NCBI GenBank assembly: GCA_965284095.1
Contig: CBDIRC010000002.1
Coordinates: 55,411-119,410, forward strand
Length of the DNA stretch: 64,000 nucleotides
Direction: 5' to 3'
From: Sediminibacterium sp.
GTDB lineage: Bacteria > Bacteroidota > Bacteroidia > Chitinophagales > Chitinophagaceae
Below the pieces are notes generated by a model. The model was given only the letters and a program-made list of their open reading frames with translations. It had not been told where the DNA came from and did not search any database. Both the position numbers and the translations under genes were made by a program. Shown here one piece after another: positions 61,279 to 64,000 of this stretch (position 1 is the stretch's first letter; the number at the start of each line of letters is the position of its first letter).

Positions 61279-62358
61279 GCGAACCGTAATATCCGTATTA
61301 GCAGCAGCCATCCTAAGCTGATTGGCTTCCATCCATTCAATTATTTTTAATAAAACAGTTTGCCTTTCCATTAAAAAGGTTTCAATACTTTGATCAATTG
61401 ATGAATAGTATTCTATACTAATTACATGTGCATTTTTACCTGTGTCAATCAAATTGACTAAACATTGAGTTGAAAACGGAGGTGCCACTATGTGCTCAAT
61501 CGCTTTAATTAATGCTGCTAATTGTTGCGCACTTGCTCCTAAATCTATTTCTAATTTAATATCCGCCTTACGTTCTGTACGCAAAGAGATATTGTCTACA
61601 ATGGTATCCACCATTTGTTTATTGGGAACCGATATATAGGTTTTCTCTTGTGTGCGAATTCTTGTACTTCTTAATCCAATTTTCTCGATGGTCCCTGTAA
61701 AGGAATTTACTTTTACAAGGTCGCCTGTTACAAATGGTTTATCGAAGAAGATGATAAACGATGCAATCAAATTCTCCATGCTTTCTCTAGTGGCCAATGC
61801 AATAGCAGCACCTACTATACTTAAGCCAGTGAGCAGATTTCCAATATTCTTATTAAAAGAAAAGCGAAGAATAAGCAATACCCCAATGATCACCAGTATA
61901 GCTTTAAAAAAATCTTTAAAGAATATGATAAGTTGATTATCAGTTTGATCTGTTGTTAAATTGGCTTTCTCCTCCAATATCAAGGCAATAAAATCGATGA
62001 TTCTTAAACAAAGCCAGATAAAAGCAACAATCAAAACTCCATCTGCAACTGCATCAACTATTTGCCGTATACCTACTCTGTGTATTTTAAAATCTAGAAC
62101 CTGAGGAAAATATAATTTATCAAAAGCGATCAACGCAATGAGTAAAATCAAAAATAAATCCAATGGCTGTAAAACCAGGCTTAGAAAAGATTCACGTGCG
62201 ATTTTTTTTCCAGCTTTTCCAACCAGTTTAAATAATAATTTGGCTAAATATTTTGAAACTATTCTTTTGAGAATAAAAGTCAATGCAATTACACCAAACA
62301 CATAGAGATAGCTTTCTATGGTATTGTCTAAAATAATTTTATGTAAAAATGATTCCAT
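61270..62358 (-). CDS. Mechanosensitive ion channel (MscS family)
   Basis: Four or five N-terminal TM helices, then an MscS beta-domain (VTGDLVKV...GTIEKIGLRSTRIRT). Confidence 0.8.
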   Translation of the reverse strand: MESFLHKIILDNTIESYLYVFGVIALTFILKRIVSKYLAKLLFKLVGKAGKKIARESFLSLVLQPLDLFLILLIALIAFDKLYFPQVLDFKIHRVGIRQIVDAVADGVLIVAFIWLCLRIIDFIALILEEKANLTTDQTDNQLIIFFKDFFKAILVIIGVLLILRFSFNKNIGNLLTGLSIVGAAIALATRESMENLIASFIIFFDKPFVTGDLVKVNSFTGTIEKIGLRSTRIRTQEKTYISVPNKQMVDTIVDNISLRTERKADIKLEIDLGASAQQLAALIKAIEHIVAPPFSTQCLVNLIDTGKNAHVISIEYYSSIDQSIETFLMERQTVLLKIIEWMEANQLRMAAANTDITVRSY

Positions 62359-62373
62359 AGAAATTTCTTCCCA

Positions 62374-63129
62374 TTAATGGTATTTGCAAAGTTTAAGCTC
62401 AGTTCCATCAAACTCGGCGTATGTAAAATTGCTGATCCAGTCCCCTAAATTGATATACCTGCTTGTTGCTGATAATTTAAAATCAATCGGATAATGACGG
62501 TGGCCAAAAATTAAATAATCAAAATGTTCTTTTTGAATCAACTCTTTTGAATAAACAATCAGCCACTCTTTCTCTTCTCCTAAAAAAAGCTCATTTGCTG
62601 TTCCGGTTTTTTCTCTGCTTTTTCTGCTGAAATAATTGGCCAGTCCGATACCCAGATCTGGATGCAACCAACCGAATAGCCATTTACAAAGAGGATTTCT
62701 AAATACTTTTTTAATGAATTTATATCCATGATCTCCAGGGCCCAATCCATCTCCATGGCCTATATAAAACCGTTTGTTGTTCCATGTAAATATTTGGGGT
62801 TCATGGTAAACAGGAATATTCAATTCTTTCTCAAAATAACCACTCATCCACATATCGTGATTACCAATAAAGAAATGTACAGGAATTCCAGCATCTGTGA
62901 TTGATGCTAATTTTCCTAGTAAGCGAACATACCCTTTTGGAATTACCTGTTTGTATTCATACCAGAAATCGAACATGTCTCCAACTATAAAAATGGCTGA
63001 AGCAGTATCCATAATTTGATCCAAAAACTCAACTATTTTTTTCTCTCTAATTAAACTATTCGCCGCATCGGGAGCACCCAAATGAAAATCGGAAAGAAAG
63101 TATATTTTTTTGTCGGGTGTGGCTTGCAT
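62374..63129 (-). CDS. lpxH: UDP-2,3-diacylglucosamine diphosphatase
   Basis: Calcineurin-like motifs SDFHLG, GDMFD, GNHD and GHRH. Length 251 aa. Confidence 0.85.
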   Translation of the reverse strand: MQATPDKKIYFLSDFHLGAPDAANSLIREKKIVEFLDQIMDTASAIFIVGDMFDFWYEYKQVIPKGYVRLLGKLASITDAGIPVHFFIGNHDMWMSGYFEKELNIPVYHEPQIFTWNNKRFYIGHGDGLGPGDHGYKFIKKVFRNPLCKWLFGWLHPDLGIGLANYFSRKSREKTGTANELFLGEEKEWLIVYSKELIQKEHFDYLIFGHRHYPIDFKLSATSRYINLGDWISNFTYAEFDGTELKLCKYH

Positions 63130-63135
63130 GCTTAA

Positions 63136-63561
63136 TTATTTCTTTTGTTGCAGATATGCTAAGATATCACCACTCTCAATATGTTTTCCGGTAGTAATTG
63201 GTTGGTTGAACCAATATACCCATGCTTTACTTGTTTTGCCATCGTGGTATACAGTTGTTAATGCACGTTGATAGTTTGGAGCATTTCCACCCTCATCAAT
63301 TTGCACACCTTCATAATCATCTAGCTGAGCCAATGCCCAGGAAAGTTCTGCAGGTTCTTTGATATGGTATAATTCACCTTTTACAAAAAAATCGTCTTCT
63401 GTAGGCACCCCCACAACCATTTCCTCTTGCTCAAATAATTTTCCTTTTGCAGTACACTCCGATACTAAGAAAAAATATTTACTTATATAACTGTATGCAG
63501 GATGATGAAATCCGCTTCTAAGTGAACTATAAACAAATAAATGATGAATTGCTGATTCCAT
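63136..63561 (-). CDS. Gamma-glutamylcyclotransferase-like (AIG2/GGACT fold) protein
   Basis: LFVYSSLRSG N-terminal motif and GELY catalytic-Glu block. Length 141 aa. Confidence 0.55.
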   Translation of the reverse strand: MESAIHHLFVYSSLRSGFHHPAYSYISKYFFLVSECTAKGKLFEQEEMVVGVPTEDDFFVKGELYHIKEPAELSWALAQLDDYEGVQIDEGGNAPNYQRALTTVYHDGKTSKAWVYWFNQPITTGKHIESGDILAYLQQKK

Positions 63562-63573
63562 ACATTGAATTTA

Positions 63574-64000
63574 TCATTCATCTATGAGAAAACAAAATAC
63601 TTCTTTTGGACCATGTACACCCACTACCAATGTTTTTTCAATGTCTGCGGTTCTACTGGGTCCAGAAGCCAAGCTAACCATGCTCGGGAAATTGGCACTG
63701 TACTTATTTCTTAACTGCATTAAAGAATCATCGATATCGTAAACCAACTGCTTGGTACTGGCTATACAAATATGAACCGGGGCATAAACACTCACTGTTC
63801 TTCCACTCTGTTGAGTACTACTCAACAATAGACTTCCGGTTCTTGCCACTAAGTATTCGCATCCAGTAATGGCAGCATCACAATGAGCTAAATCATCAGA
63901 ATAAGTGACGGAGAAGCCTTGTTTTGCTAAATTGGATTTAATATCATCTTCTCTGCAATAAATATTTTTCCATCCTCTGGTATCAAACAATGTTTTTAAT
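63574..64000 (-). CDS. LUD-domain (LutC/YkgG-like) protein, N-terminus outside window
   Basis: GPSRTADIEKTLVVGVHGP C-terminal signature. The frame is still open at the window end. Confidence 0.65.
   Translation of the reverse strand, partial: LKTLFDTRGWKNIYCREDDIKSNLAKQGFSVTYSDDLAHCDAAITGCEYLVARTGSLLLSSTQQSGRTVSVYAPVHICIASTKQLVYDIDDSLMQLRNKYSANFPSMVSLASGPSRTADIEKTLVVGVHGPKEVFCFLIDE

Overview
This AT-rich window looks like core chromosome of a Bacteroidota bacterium. A gldH gliding/T9SS lipoprotein gene, Bacteroidetes-style TAnnTTTG promoter boxes and Cys-rich PSP1/RicT all fit a Chitinophagia/Sphingobacteriia-like lineage, but that placement is a guess. It is densely packed with about 65 genes on both strands, mostly housekeeping: holB (partial), ricT-like, pepF, mutL, dacB, ligA, mgsA, asd, obgE, typA, fabH, ctaA, rnhB, tsaC, serS, gcvH and lpxH. 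There is also a phenylacetate (paa) catabolic cluster under a TetR regulator (paaE-A-B-C-D ... paaG-I-Y), three signal-transduction units, and a lipid-metabolism neighbourhood (alpha/beta hydrolase, FabH, lipid kinase, membrane-anchored patatin). By eye I found no rRNA, tRNA, CRISPR array, transposase, integrase, phage genes or recognisable defence island, so I cannot claim a clear-cut novel system. The best candidates for something undescribed are five. (1) A leader-peptide transcription attenuator upstream of asd, whose 14-codon peptide is made almost entirely of Thr/Lys/Met codons, with complementary antiterminator and terminator segments. (2) A tightly packed four-gene unit: radical-SAM/SPASM enzyme, MarR, GHL10/DUF187 glycosidase-like lipoprotein and beta-barrel porin, with no obvious substrate peptide. 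(3) Dispersed arrays of an AATAAC-core 7-8 nt repeat at four gene junctions, one of them inside the paa operon. (4) A triple 14-bp palindrome-containing repeat in the tetR/paa control region. (5) A roughly 105-nt imperfect palindrome with an upstream direct repeat in the 8925-9195 gap. All functional calls rest on motifs read from the translated ORFs; no searches were run.
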